Shown: piece after piece, positions 49,034-57,935 of the stretch
Layout of the letters: each line of letters begins with the position of its first letter
Position numbering within the stretch: the first letter of the stretch is position 1
Assembly (NCBI GenBank): GCA_964651045.1
Contig: CAZYVD010000010.1
Location: 828 to 64,827 of the forward strand
Length of the DNA: 64,000 nt
Source: an uncultured bacterium
GTDB taxonomy: Bacteria > Zhuqueibacterota > QNDG01 > DSAB01
Direction: 5' to 3'
Made by a program: the position numbers and the translations under genes
The notes under the pieces: model-generated
Told to the model about the DNA's origin: nothing
The model's database searches: none
The model's input: the letters and a program-made list of their open reading frames with translations, nothing else

Positions 49034-50099
49034 CTCGCATTTCCAAATCTATTATTCCCGATTCATTTATTATCCTTATACCACTGTTCAACTCCATGGA
49101 TATCTCGTTCAGGTAATCAATTATTCTCTTTCTGCCCCTTCCATAAACACTCCGCGGCTGAAAATTTACCTTATAGTTATTCACATAAATTGGAATCAAA
49201 TGGCATGACAAAGTGTTGTATCCAAACCGTACTTTCAACAGCATTCCAAAATCAACATTTTTACTGTAAGATCCAAAAACATAATTGCCGAGACTGTATG
49301 CTATCAAACGGTTATTGTATATCTCAAATCCCTGGACAACATGGGGATGATGTCCGATGACAAGATCGGCTCCATATTCCACTGCCTTATGGGCCCAGTA
49401 TCTCTGGTATCCCTTGGGCCGATCCATGAGTTCGCCACCCCAATGAAAGGAAACAACCACAATATCTGCCTCCTCCCTCTTCATCCTCTCGATTCGGGCC
49501 CTTAATCTTTTATTCATTGGAAACGCAGTTCCACATTTTTTTGAGGATGCCCAGAAATCTGACGGGTACGTTAGTGAGTATGCGAGAAATCCAACCCTCC
49601 AACACCCTTTTTGTACTACGACCCCCTCCTCTGCACTCTCCAAATCCCTGCCTGCGCCACAGGAGGAGATATTCAATCTTTTGAGAACATTCAATGTGGA
49701 ATAAAGCCCCTCATATCCATAATCCAAAATATGATTGTTTGCCAGAGTCAATACATCGAAACCAGCCCTTAATACACCATCTGCATAATCTGTTGGTACC
49801 TTGAATCTATATTTCTTCTTTTCAAAATATGTTCCACCTTGTGTAAAAGGAGCTTCCAGATTTGCAACAGCAAAGTCGGCATTCAATATATAATTACGAG
49901 TGGAATCAAATGGATAGTCGACTCCCCTCTTATCAATTATAGGAAGAGCACTTCCACCCATCATCAAATCTCCTGCAGCAATAATCACAACAAACTCCGA
50001 AGAATCATCAGGGACTCTCTCGATACAAAAAGCCCTGCTATTTACATAACAGGAAAAGAGAAACAAAATGGAAAATATATTAACTAAAACTTTCAACAT
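49023..50099 (-). CDS. CapA family (poly-gamma-glutamate synthesis-like metallophosphatase)
   Basis: AAGDLM, ANLE, LANNHILDYG, SFHWG.E, IGHHPHVVQG, YSLGNYVF. Confidence 0.93.
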   Translation of the reverse strand: MLKVLVNIFSILFLFSCYVNSRAFCIERVPDDSSEFVVIIAAGDLMMGGSALPIIDKRGVDYPFDSTRNYILNADFAVANLEAPFTQGGTYFEKKKYRFKVPTDYADGVLRAGFDVLTLANNHILDYGYEGLYSTLNVLKRLNISSCGAGRDLESAEEGVVVQKGCWRVGFLAYSLTYPSDFWASSKKCGTAFPMNKRLRARIERMKREEADIVVVSFHWGGELMDRPKGYQRYWAHKAVEYGADLVIGHHPHVVQGFEIYNNRLIAYSLGNYVFGSYSKNVDFGMLLKVRFGYNTLSCHLIPIYVNNYKVNFQPRSVYGRGRKRIIDYLNEISMELNSGIRIINESGIIDLEMRDEP

Positions 50100-50122
50100 C
50101 TAACAAGGGAAAAAAGTGAAAA

Positions 50123-50527
50123 TCAAGATCTCTTTTTACTCTTTGACTCATCTTTTTTAGGGGTCTGAGCCTTTGGTTTTGCCGGTGCAGGAGGCTTCTT
50201 CTCTGCTGTCTTTTTCTTTTGTGATGTCTCCTTCTTTATCTTCTCAATCTCGGTCTCCTTTGCCTTCAGATCTGCCTTGAGTTGCTTAATCTCTGCAACA
50301 ATCTTTTTTATCCTGTCACTCGTGCCAACATCTGTCTGTTTCTTCTTTTCAAAGAGTTTGTATACCTCCTGTCCAAGAGTCGAATACTTCTTCTCCAGGC
50401 TTCTCTTGATATTGAGAATATCAACCTTTAACTTTCCTATTCTTGTGTACTCCTCTGTCTTCTCTGCCGCAACAGAAAGACCATCTTTAAGACTCTTTTT
50501 AATATTATCCCATATTGATGCTCCCAT
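50123..50527 (-). CDS. Hypothetical coiled-coil protein with Lys-rich tail
   Basis: ATG 50527 preceded by GGAGGAG; coiled-coil pattern. Confidence 0.7.
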   Translation of the reverse strand: MGASIWDNIKKSLKDGLSVAAEKTEEYTRIGKLKVDILNIKRSLEKKYSTLGQEVYKLFEKKKQTDVGTSDRIKKIVAEIKQLKADLKAKETEIEKIKKETSQKKKTAEKKPPAPAKPKAQTPKKDESKSKKRS

Positions 50528-50636
50528 GAAGACTCCTCCTATATTGATAAATTGGTCTGTTGATAAAATAAAAAGGGGACTCGAAAAAATCAAGTCCCAT
50601 CTTCTTTCAATGACTTTTTATTGGAATTAATTAAAG

Positions 50637-51158
50637 CTACTCTTTTGGAGAATCGACGAGTTCTACTGAAATCTTTTTGCTGCTTCCCATATAGGCCCAG
50701 ACATCGATTATATTAACATCGATTATCTTTCCCTGTTCGCCATCAAATGGAAGGTAATCATTTGTGGGAAATTTAGGTCTCATGAAGATATAGGTGGAAT
50801 CTGGCTCTATGCAGCCCAGCTTTTCAAACTCATACCCTATATCATTTAGCTCATAGGTCAGATCGTCTGTTCTGAAATAGATTACATGTTCGAGCCCATC
50901 TGGAGGTCCCTGCATGTGGGCGATTCCGTAAAACTCCAGTGCCTCTGGCTGAAAATTATACACAGTGATCTTAAACTTAACAACATTGACCTTTGTTGCC
51001 TCAAGCCCTGAAAAAGGAGGAGTAGCCGGAACATAATCTGTCCCTATATGTTCAATAAACACCTGTTTAGGAAGGAGGCTATCTTTAGGGGGATTCGATG
51101 GATAATTGCTGCAGCCAGCAATTAGAACCATTAGCACTACTATCAATCCTCTCTTCAT
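50637..51158 (-). CDS. Hypothetical lipoprotein
   Basis: Lipobox LIAGC; SD-like GGGGAG upstream. Confidence 0.7.
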   Translation of the reverse strand: MKRGLIVVLMVLIAGCSNYPSNPPKDSLLPKQVFIEHIGTDYVPATPPFSGLEATKVNVVKFKITVYNFQPEALEFYGIAHMQGPPDGLEHVIYFRTDDLTYELNDIGYEFEKLGCIEPDSTYIFMRPKFPTNDYLPFDGEQGKIIDVNIIDVWAYMGSSKKISVELVDSPKE

Positions 51159-51338
51159 GGTAATATCTCCCCATATGTGGTAAATTTTTCCTTATATAAA
51201 TAGATCATAAAATTCCATAAGTATCTAATAAATAATAATCTTACATGCAAACACAAGAACCGTTTTAAAATAGACTGCAAATTAGATACCACATGGGAAA
51301 TTATTACAGAAGTTTAAAATCTGGATATTTAACCTTAC

Positions 51339-51367
51339 AAAAACCGCCGGATTTTGTTGTCCAGCGG
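51339..51367 (-). terminator. Minus-strand intrinsic terminator in the large intergenic region
   Basis: Minus strand CCGCTGGA-caacaaaa-TCCGGCGG-TTTTT (one G-U pair). Confidence 0.55.
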
Positions 51368-51611
51368 CCTAAGGTGAGGGAGGAGAAAAATGATGTATAT
51401 CTAATCAGAATCTAACTTTTATAAGTGCAATTGTTATACCACTCCAATCCAAATTTTTCGAACCTGTATAATCTATTGTTATTATTAAAGCGAGCCTGTT
51501 TGGGAAAAATTGTTTATTAAATGGATATCCACGAAATGGCCGATTATCAACCAAAAATATTTTCAGGGTGGCTGTTTGTAAACAGCCGTTTCACATCAGA
51601 CCAGAATTTGC

Positions 51612-51640
51612 TTGACTGTTGGCGATTAATTTTGTATCTT
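51612..51640 (+). promoter_or_regulatory. Sigma70-type promoter of the Fe-S/metal cluster
   Basis: TTGACT (51612-51617), 17-bp spacer, TATCTT (51635-51640). Confidence 0.65.
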
Positions 51641-51641
51641 G

Positions 51642-51661
51642 TTACGAGCATATGCTCATAA
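51642..51661. promoter_or_regulatory. Palindromic operator, copy 1
   Basis: TTACGAGCATATGCTCATAA, 18/20 self-complementary, overlapping the predicted transcription start. Confidence 0.7.
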
Positions 51662-51712
51662 TATAGTTTGTAACAATGTAGAACCTATTATGATATATAT
51701 AAGGTTTAAATC

Positions 51713-52573
51713 ATGATCATTTCAATTGCAAGCGGAAAGGGTGGAACAGGAAAAACTACTGTTGCCACAAACCTTGCCTCCTCTATTTCAAACAGCAGTA
51801 TTACTTTCATCGACTGTGATGTAGAAGAACCCAACAGTCACCTCTTCCTCAGACCTGCTGTGGAAAAAGAACAGACATGCCTGACATTCATTCCGAAGGT
51901 CGATACAGAAAAGTGCACCCTTTGCGGCAAATGTTCAGAGCTGTGTCAATTCAAGGCCATAGTAAAAATTGCAGACACTATGCTTGTATTTCCTGAACTG
52001 TGTCATGGATGTGAAGGATGCAAATTGATCTGTCCGGTAGATGCAATTTCGGACGACCAGAAACAGATCGGTACGATATCGGTGGCAACCTCAGGCAGGA
52101 TTCGTTTTGTAGGCGGAAGGCTCAAAATCGGAGAGGCCCTTTCTCCACCACTTATCAGGGAGGTCATACAGACAGCATTAAAAGAAAATAAATCCGATAT
52201 AAATATTATCGATTCGCCTCCGGGTACTTCATGTCCTGTGATAGAATCTATTAAGGTATCAGATTTTGTTGTTCTTGTAACAGAGCCCACTCCCTTTGGA
52301 CTAAACGACCTCAGGCTGGCCGTAGAAACCGTCAGGGTTCTTGGAATTCCGTTCGGAGTTGTCATAAACAGATCAACAATCGGGAATAACAATATCACCA
52401 AATACTGTGATGAACAGTCAATTCCTATCCTCCTCGAGATACCAGACGACAGAAAGATTGCCGAGGCCTACTCAAGGGGATATCTAATTATTGATCATCT
52501 CCCCCAATACAAAAGCCATTTTGAGCTCCTATTAGATAATATAAAAAAGATCAGCGATTCCGATAAGGAGTAG
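51713..52573 (+). CDS. MinD/CobQ-like P-loop ATPase with two 4Fe-4S motifs
   Basis: SGKGGTGKT, DCDVEEPN, CTLCGKCSELC, CHGCEGCKLIC, DSPPGTSC, VTEPTPFG. Confidence 0.92.
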   Translation: MIISIASGKGGTGKTTVATNLASSISNSSITFIDCDVEEPNSHLFLRPAVEKEQTCLTFIPKVDTEKCTLCGKCSELCQFKAIVKIADTMLVFPELCHGCEGCKLICPVDAISDDQKQIGTISVATSGRIRFVGGRLKIGEALSPPLIREVIQTALKENKSDINIIDSPPGTSCPVIESIKVSDFVVLVTEPTPFGLNDLRLAVETVRVLGIPFGVVINRSTIGNNNITKYCDEQSIPILLEIPDDRKIAEAYSRGYLIIDHLPQYKSHFELLLDNIKKISDSDKE

Positions 52574-52580
52574 TAGATAG

Positions 52581-53441
52581 ATGAAAGAGATAGTGATAAT
52601 AAGTGGAAAGGGCGGAACAGGTAAAACAACAATCACCGCCTCCCTCGCATCCCTGATTCCCGATAAGGTTATTGCAGACTGTGATGTTGATGCTGCAGAT
52701 CTTCATCTTCTTCTCGATCCAGAGATTAAGGAGAGAAACGACTTTTATGGCGGTGTAAAGGCCTCAATAGATCTCGACAAGTGTACGGGCTGTGGCAGAT
52801 GTCTGGAAGTATGTAGATACGATGCAATATCTTCCGATTTTATAGTAAACGATATTAACTGTGAGGGATGCGGAGTATGTCCCTATTTTTGCCCTGAAGA
52901 TGCCATAACTCTTATCGACCGTCACTCGGGAGAATGGTATATCTCTGAAACAAGATTCGGACCAATGGTCCATGCAAGACTCGGAATAGCAGAAGAAAAT
53001 TCTGGAAAGCTGGTCAGCCTGATCAGGCGCCAGGCAAAAACCATTGCTGAGGATAGAGGGTTTGACACGATCCTTATAGACGGGTCGCCAGGAATAGGGT
53101 GCCCGGTAATAAGTTCTATCACAGGTGCATCAATAGTTGTTGTTGTTACAGAACCAACCATATCCGGAATACACGATCTTAAAAGAGTCATATCTTTAAA
53201 CCAGCACTTCAAGATAGAATCTGTAGTCTTAATCAACAAGTCGGACATAAACGAAGAGATGACAGGAAAGATAAGAAAAAGAGCTGAAGAACAGGGGATC
53301 GAAGTAATAGGTATGATTCCCTATGACCCTGTTGTCACAAGGGCAATGGTTCATAAAAAGACAGTTGTAGAATTTACAAACAGCAAAGTGGCAATGGAAA
53401 TCATCAAGGCAGGAGATGTGATTTTTAATAAAATAAGATAA
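52581..53441 (+). CDS. MinD/CobQ-like P-loop ATPase with two 4Fe-4S motifs, paralog
   Basis: SGKGGTGKT, DCDVDAAD, CTGCGRCLEVC, CEGCGVCPYFC, DGSPGIGC. Confidence 0.92.
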   Translation: MKEIVIISGKGGTGKTTITASLASLIPDKVIADCDVDAADLHLLLDPEIKERNDFYGGVKASIDLDKCTGCGRCLEVCRYDAISSDFIVNDINCEGCGVCPYFCPEDAITLIDRHSGEWYISETRFGPMVHARLGIAEENSGKLVSLIRRQAKTIAEDRGFDTILIDGSPGIGCPVISSITGASIVVVVTEPTISGIHDLKRVISLNQHFKIESVVLINKSDINEEMTGKIRKRAEEQGIEVIGMIPYDPVVTRAMVHKKTVVEFTNSKVAMEIIKAGDVIFNKIR

Positions 53442-53485
53442 TAAAGGAACTATATACAGCTTTCAGCGTTATGTATTAAGATATG

Positions 53486-53505
53486 TTTTGAGTATATGTT
53501 CAAAA
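53486..53505. promoter_or_regulatory. Palindromic operator, copy 2, directly before the DUF134 gene
   Basis: TTTTGAGTATATGTTCAAAA; same length and dyad core as copy 1. Confidence 0.65.
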
Positions 53506-53515
53506 CGAGGTTTTT

Positions 53516-53869
53516 ATGCCCCGACCAAAAAAATGCCGATGGATAAGCGCCCGACCAGGTGCTTCATTTTTCAAGCCACAGGGCATTCCGCTCAGAATGC
53601 TCGATCAGGTTTGTCTGGAGATGGATGAACTTGAGGCAATTCGCCTCGCAGATCTTGAAGGTCTCAGTCATGAACTCGCGGCAAAAAAGATGAATGTATC
53701 GAGAGCAACTTTCGGGCGAATAGTTGCAGGTGGCAGAAAAAAAGTAGCAGAAGCCCTCGTTGTAGGAAAGGCAATACGAATCGAGGGAGGAGAGGTAGAG
53801 CTGCGTCCTCCCCTTCCGATAGACTGGCCAGGGGGGCCTCATGGACGTGGAAAGGGACCATGGTTTTAA
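53516..53869 (+). CDS. DUF134 (UPF0251) putative DNA-binding protein
   Basis: MPRPKKCR...FKP.GIP...DELEAIRLADLEGLS...A.KMNVSRATFGRI...RKKVAEALV.GKAIRIEGG. Confidence 0.92.
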   Translation: MPRPKKCRWISARPGASFFKPQGIPLRMLDQVCLEMDELEAIRLADLEGLSHELAAKKMNVSRATFGRIVAGGRKKVAEALVVGKAIRIEGGEVELRPPLPIDWPGGPHGRGKGPWF

Positions 53870-53887
53870 TCTGAGGAACCGCAACCG

Positions 53888-54334
53888 ATGAAGAACAGAG
53901 AAGAAGATATATTCGAGAGGCTTGAAGCCTACTTTATGGGTCAGGCTTCTGAACGATTTTCAGAAAAAGTAATCTCGCTTGCCTATGATCCTATAAATGT
54001 TGGAGAAATAAAAAATCCTGATGGTCTCGGATTCATCAAAGGCCCATGCGGAGATAGAATGGCAATCTTTTTAAAAATTACAGAGGGAAAAATCTCGGAA
54101 GCAAAATTTCTTGCCGACGGATGCGGAGCCACAATAGCATGCGGCTGTGCTGTAACAGATCTGGCCATTGGGAAGAGCCCCATAGAGGCAGAATCGATAA
54201 ATGTTCTGGAGATACTGAGATATCTAAATGATCTTCCAGCTTCCCATGAACACTGTGCAGTACTCGCAGTGAATACTCTCAAAGAGGCTTTAAAAAACAT
54301 GAAAAAAATAGGTAGTTTAAAAATAAGGAGGTAA
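53888..54334 (+). CDS. IscU/NifU N-terminal-like Fe-S scaffold
   Basis: P.NVG, GPCGD, DGCG..IAC, HCA.LA: three conserved Cys. Confidence 0.88.
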   Translation: MKNREEDIFERLEAYFMGQASERFSEKVISLAYDPINVGEIKNPDGLGFIKGPCGDRMAIFLKITEGKISEAKFLADGCGATIACGCAVTDLAIGKSPIEAESINVLEILRYLNDLPASHEHCAVLAVNTLKEALKNMKKIGSLKIRR

Positions 54335-54337
54335 ATC

Positions 54338-54667
54338 ATGCCAAGAGGAGATGGAACAGGCCCCATGGGAATGGGACCAATGACAGGTAGGGCGGCCGGC
54401 TACTGCGCTGGCTACTCGGTGCCGGGATTCATGAATCCCTATGGAGGAAGATTTGGTGGAGGATTTGGCAGAGGAAGAGGATTTGGATGGAGAAGATGGG
54501 CTGGTTTTCCTTCGGCCTACCAGTATCCTCTTCCCTATGGAACAGGCTTTACTCAGGATCAGGAGATCGAACTCCTTCAAAATCATGCGAAGATATTGAA
54601 AGATCAGCTCGAGAACATCGAAAAACGGATCTCAGATCTTGAGAGCAAGTCAGCCAAAGAGGCATAG
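54338..54667 (+). CDS. DUF5320 family Gly/Arg-rich protein
   Basis: MPRGDGTGPMGMGPMTGRAAGYCAG, GRGRGFG, C-terminal coiled coil. Confidence 0.88.
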   Translation: MPRGDGTGPMGMGPMTGRAAGYCAGYSVPGFMNPYGGRFGGGFGRGRGFGWRRWAGFPSAYQYPLPYGTGFTQDQEIELLQNHAKILKDQLENIEKRISDLESKSAKEA

Positions 54668-54677
54668 TAGTTCATGA

Positions 54678-54709
54678 GGATCCCGGTGTTAGTAAAAACG
54701 CCGGGATCC
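54678..54709. repeat. GC-rich intra-operon hairpin followed by an A-tract
   Basis: GGATCCCGGTGTT...AACGCCGGGATCC followed by 10 A; not a canonical terminator on either strand. Confidence 0.6.
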
Positions 54710-54741
54710 AAAAAAAAAATTAAAAATGAGGATTAAAAGGC

Positions 54742-54993
54742 ATGCCGACCTATGAATATGAATGCACCGTATGCGGACACCGATTCACAAAATTTCAATC
54801 AATAAATGATGAGCCCGTAAAAAAATGCCCTGAGTGTTCTGGTAAGGTTAACAGGTTGATCTCTGGCGGAATGGGAGTGATATTCAAGGGCTCAGGATTT
54901 TATTCCACAGACTACAAGAAAAAGAGCAGCGGTGATTCATGCTGTAGTCAGGGAAATCAGTGCGAAAATCCAAAACGCTGCTGTGGAAGATAA
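54742..54993 (+). CDS. FmdB-family zinc ribbon protein with Cys-rich tail
   Basis: [11 protein letters not shown]...CPEC...[11 protein letters not shown]...SCC...C...CCGR. Confidence 0.88.
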   Translation: MPTYEYECTVCGHRFTKFQSINDEPVKKCPECSGKVNRLISGGMGVIFKGSGFYSTDYKKKSSGDSCCSQGNQCENPKRCCGR

Positions 54994-55013
54994 TCTGCAG
55001 GCTGGATTATACC

Positions 55014-55394
55014 ATGTCTGTATCTATTGATAAAAATATCTGCAGGGGATGTGGAGTATGTATAGAAAGCTGTCCTGCTGGTGCCATCAAAATGGAGAGA
55101 ACTATTGTTGTTGACCCAGAAAAATGTACTGAATGCAGCAGATGTATGAATGCCTGCCCATTCGGTGCTATCACCTTACAGAACAACTCTCCTGCTGACA
55201 GACCGCATTCTCATTCTGAATCAGCACAAATATTTCTTCCAAATAGTACCAGAATCAAAGTCCAGAAACCCCTGCAACCGGATAAATCTTACAATGATTC
55301 GCTAAACGACCTTCGTGCTCAAAAGGAGAATCTCGAGAGACGCCTTGAAGAAGTTCAGAAGAGAATTGACAGATTAAAACATTGTTTAAAATAA
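55014..55394 (+). CDS. 2x[4Fe-4S] ferredoxin fused to a C-terminal coiled coil
   Basis: CRGCGVCIESCP, CTECSRCMNACP; tail LNDLRAQKENLERRLEEVQKRI. Confidence 0.85.
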   Translation: MSVSIDKNICRGCGVCIESCPAGAIKMERTIVVDPEKCTECSRCMNACPFGAITLQNNSPADRPHSHSESAQIFLPNSTRIKVQKPLQPDKSYNDSLNDLRAQKENLERRLEEVQKRIDRLKHCLK

Positions 55395-55410
55395 AGAAAG
55401 GAGGCATATT

Positions 55411-55638
55411 ATGCCAAGAGGAGATGGAACTGGTCCTGCAGGACAGGGCCCTGGAACAGGAAGAGGAATGGGAAGGGGAGGCGGAGGTAGAGGAAGAATG
55501 GGCGGTAATCGCCCTGGAGCAGGTCCTGGCGGAAGCTGTGTATGTCCAAGCTGCGGTGCAAAGGTAGTCCACAAACAGGGAGAGCCTTGCTATACAATCA
55601 GCTGTCCCCAATGTGGAGCAAAGATGATGAGAGAATAG
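55411..55638 (+). CDS. DUF5320-like Gly-rich protein with a Cys-rich zinc-finger-like C-terminus
   Basis: MPRGDGTGP...GRGRMGG...CVCPSCG...PC...CPQCG; SD AGGAGG. Confidence 0.82.
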   Translation: MPRGDGTGPAGQGPGTGRGMGRGGGGRGRMGGNRPGAGPGGSCVCPSCGAKVVHKQGEPCYTISCPQCGAKMMRE

Positions 55639-55650
55639 AGGAGAAAACAT

Positions 55651-56421
55651 ATGAAGATAGCCATAACCTCTCAGGGAACCGATCTGAATGCAGAAATCGA
55701 CCCTCGCTTTGGCAGATGTAGCTACTTTATCATCTACGATACTGAAAAGGAAAATTATGAGGTAGTTGAAAATTCGAGCATAAATCTTGGTGGTGGTGCA
55801 GGAATCCAGGCAGCCCAGACAATCTCTGAAAATGGAGTGAGAGTTCTGCTCACAGGCAATGTAGGACCAAACGCTTTTCAGACACTTTCTGCTGCATCCA
55901 TCGAAATATATACCGGCCTGAGTGGAAAAATTTCAGAAGTTGTAGAAAAGTTCAAGAGTGGGAACTTGGAAAAGAGTTCTGCCCCATCGGTGGATTCCCA
56001 TCACGGTTTGAACAAATCGCAGGCTTCGGTATCGGCCCAGGTGTCGAAAAAACGAATAGCAGTCGCCTCAGAAGATGACAGGGGGCTCGAATCAAACGTA
56101 AGCGCTCATTTTGGAAGATGCCCCTACTACACAATGGTCGAAGTCGAGGGTGACAGGATCGTACTCAGCTATAAGGTAGAGAATCCCTTTTTTCATGCAC
56201 ATGGACAGCCCGGTCAGGTTCCAACATTTATCCGTGACCAGGGATCCAATGTTATAATAGCCGGAGGCATGGGCCAGCGTGCCGTTGAATTTTTTAACCA
56301 GTTTGGAATAGAGGTAGTAACGGGTACAGCAAGAAAGGTAAACGATGTCGTGAACCAATACATTCAGGGAAGAATAAAGGGCTATACCCCCTGTGACCAC
56401 GAACATGAACCTTGTGATTGA
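55651..56421 (+). CDS. Tandem NifB/NifX (FeMo-cofactor-binding-like) domain protein
   Basis: Two repeats: RFGRCSYF...GGAG...GNVGPNA and HFGRCPYY...GGMGQRA; C-terminal CDHEHEPCD. Confidence 0.9.
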   Translation: MKIAITSQGTDLNAEIDPRFGRCSYFIIYDTEKENYEVVENSSINLGGGAGIQAAQTISENGVRVLLTGNVGPNAFQTLSAASIEIYTGLSGKISEVVEKFKSGNLEKSSAPSVDSHHGLNKSQASVSAQVSKKRIAVASEDDRGLESNVSAHFGRCPYYTMVEVEGDRIVLSYKVENPFFHAHGQPGQVPTFIRDQGSNVIIAGGMGQRAVEFFNQFGIEVVTGTARKVNDVVNQYIQGRIKGYTPCDHEHEPCD

Positions 56422-56468
56422 TTAACCCAATCTATGGAATAAAAATTAAGGGAAAGGAAATAGTCTCT

Positions 56469-57293
56469 ATGAATAAGGATCAGGAAAAAGTTAAGACAAT
56501 GGAAGAACAGAACCGCCGAATCGACGAAAATTTAAAAAAGATAAAACACAGGATAGTCATATTCAGCGGCAAAGGAGGAGTCGGCAAGAGTACAGTTGCC
56601 GTGAATTTAGCCTACTCACTCACGCTTAAGGGGCTTAAAGTCGGCCTTTTAGATGCAGACATCACAGGGCCAAACATACCAAAAATGATCGGTCTCAAAG
56701 GATTTCCGAGAATCGACCCGGAAGAAAAAAACATTCTTCCCCAAGAAAAAGACGGGTTATATGTTATCTCTATCGCCCCAATGGTTCCTCAGGATGCTCC
56801 TGTCATCTGGCGTGGGCCGCTGCGATCCGGCGCAATTACTCAATTTCTATCAGATGTGGTCTGGGGAGATCTTGACTTTCTACTTGCAGATCTTCCACCC
56901 GGCACAGGAGACGAGGTCTTGACTACTGCTCAGAAAATGATTCCTCAAATGGCAATAATAGTAACGACTCCGCAGGAGGTATCCCTGATAGACTGCCGAA
57001 GGGCAGTAAACATGGCAAAGAAGCTGAATATCGGGAAAATAGGCGTTGTGGAAAACATGTCGGGTCTTCTCTGTCCGCACTGTGGAAAAGAGATTGATCT
57101 GTTCGATTCTGGCGGTGGTGAAAAGATGGCAAACGAGATGGGGGTCACATTTCTTGGCCGAATTCCCATTGAGATCGAAACTCGCAAAGGAGGCGATTCG
57201 GGAAATCCTGTTGTCCTCTCAAACAAGAAAAGCGGTACTGCCGACTCGTTTGCTCTGATTGCAGAAAATACAATAAAACTCGTATCACTGTGA
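56469..57293 (+). CDS. mrp: Mrp/NBP35 (ApbC-like) Fe-S carrier ATPase
   Basis: SGKGGVGKS, LDADITGP, VIWRGP, DLPPGTGD, TTPQ, ENMSG..CPHC. Confidence 0.93.
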   Translation: MNKDQEKVKTMEEQNRRIDENLKKIKHRIVIFSGKGGVGKSTVAVNLAYSLTLKGLKVGLLDADITGPNIPKMIGLKGFPRIDPEEKNILPQEKDGLYVISIAPMVPQDAPVIWRGPLRSGAITQFLSDVVWGDLDFLLADLPPGTGDEVLTTAQKMIPQMAIIVTTPQEVSLIDCRRAVNMAKKLNIGKIGVVENMSGLLCPHCGKEIDLFDSGGGEKMANEMGVTFLGRIPIEIETRKGGDSGNPVVLSNKKSGTADSFALIAENTIKLVSL

Positions 57294-57299
57294 TGAAAA

Positions 57300-57935
57300 A
57301 TGAGCAGACAAATGGAAAATAAAATTCATCAGAAAAAACAACCTCTCCCAACATGCGACCTGTGCAAATCGAAAAAATGTAGGGAGGGAGAAGACTGCTT
57401 CTCCATGTCCAACCAGATAGTTTCAGAATATACAGGAGATAGACTCAAACTTGCACGAGTCTCATCTATGATCGAGGGCAGATACTATATGAAAAAGACC
57501 CGTCTGGAGGAGATAATTCTTTTTTCAAATGAAATGGGATACAAGAGGCTTGGGATCGCATTCTGTATTGGACTTTCCGATGAGGCAAGTATGCTTGCCA
57601 AACTTCTCAGAGACAAATTCGAGGTCGTTTCTGTATGCTGCAAGGTTTGCGGAATAGAGAAAAGTTATTTTAACTTCGAGAAAATAGATCCCGGAAGTGC
57701 TGAGTCGATGTGCAATCCAATAGGCCAGGCAATCCTTCTCAATAGTGCAGAGACCGATCTAAATATCATCTGCGGACTTTGCATTGGTCACGATATACAA
57801 TTCACACAATTTTCAAAGGCTCCTGTAACAACCTACATCGTCAAAGACCGCCTGCTTGCCCACAACACTGCAGGCATGCTCTACTGCGGATATTTGAAAA
57901 AAAGAATCCAAAAAAACGGCAGGAGAGAGAAATGA
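57300..57935 (+). CDS. DUF1847 domain protein
   Basis: C..C...C..GEDC, TRLEE, GIAFCIGL, CCKVCG, CNPIGQA, GLCIGHD, KDR.LAHN. Confidence 0.9.
   Translation: MSRQMENKIHQKKQPLPTCDLCKSKKCREGEDCFSMSNQIVSEYTGDRLKLARVSSMIEGRYYMKKTRLEEIILFSNEMGYKRLGIAFCIGLSDEASMLAKLLRDKFEVVSVCCKVCGIEKSYFNFEKIDPGSAESMCNPIGQAILLNSAETDLNIICGLCIGHDIQFTQFSKAPVTTYIVKDRLLAHNTAGMLYCGYLKKRIQKNGRREK

Noticed and set aside
51492-51587. GAGCCTGTTT...GGCTGTTTGTAAACAGCC as IS ends
   Set aside because: The match is only about 8 bp, with no transposase remnant or target duplication.
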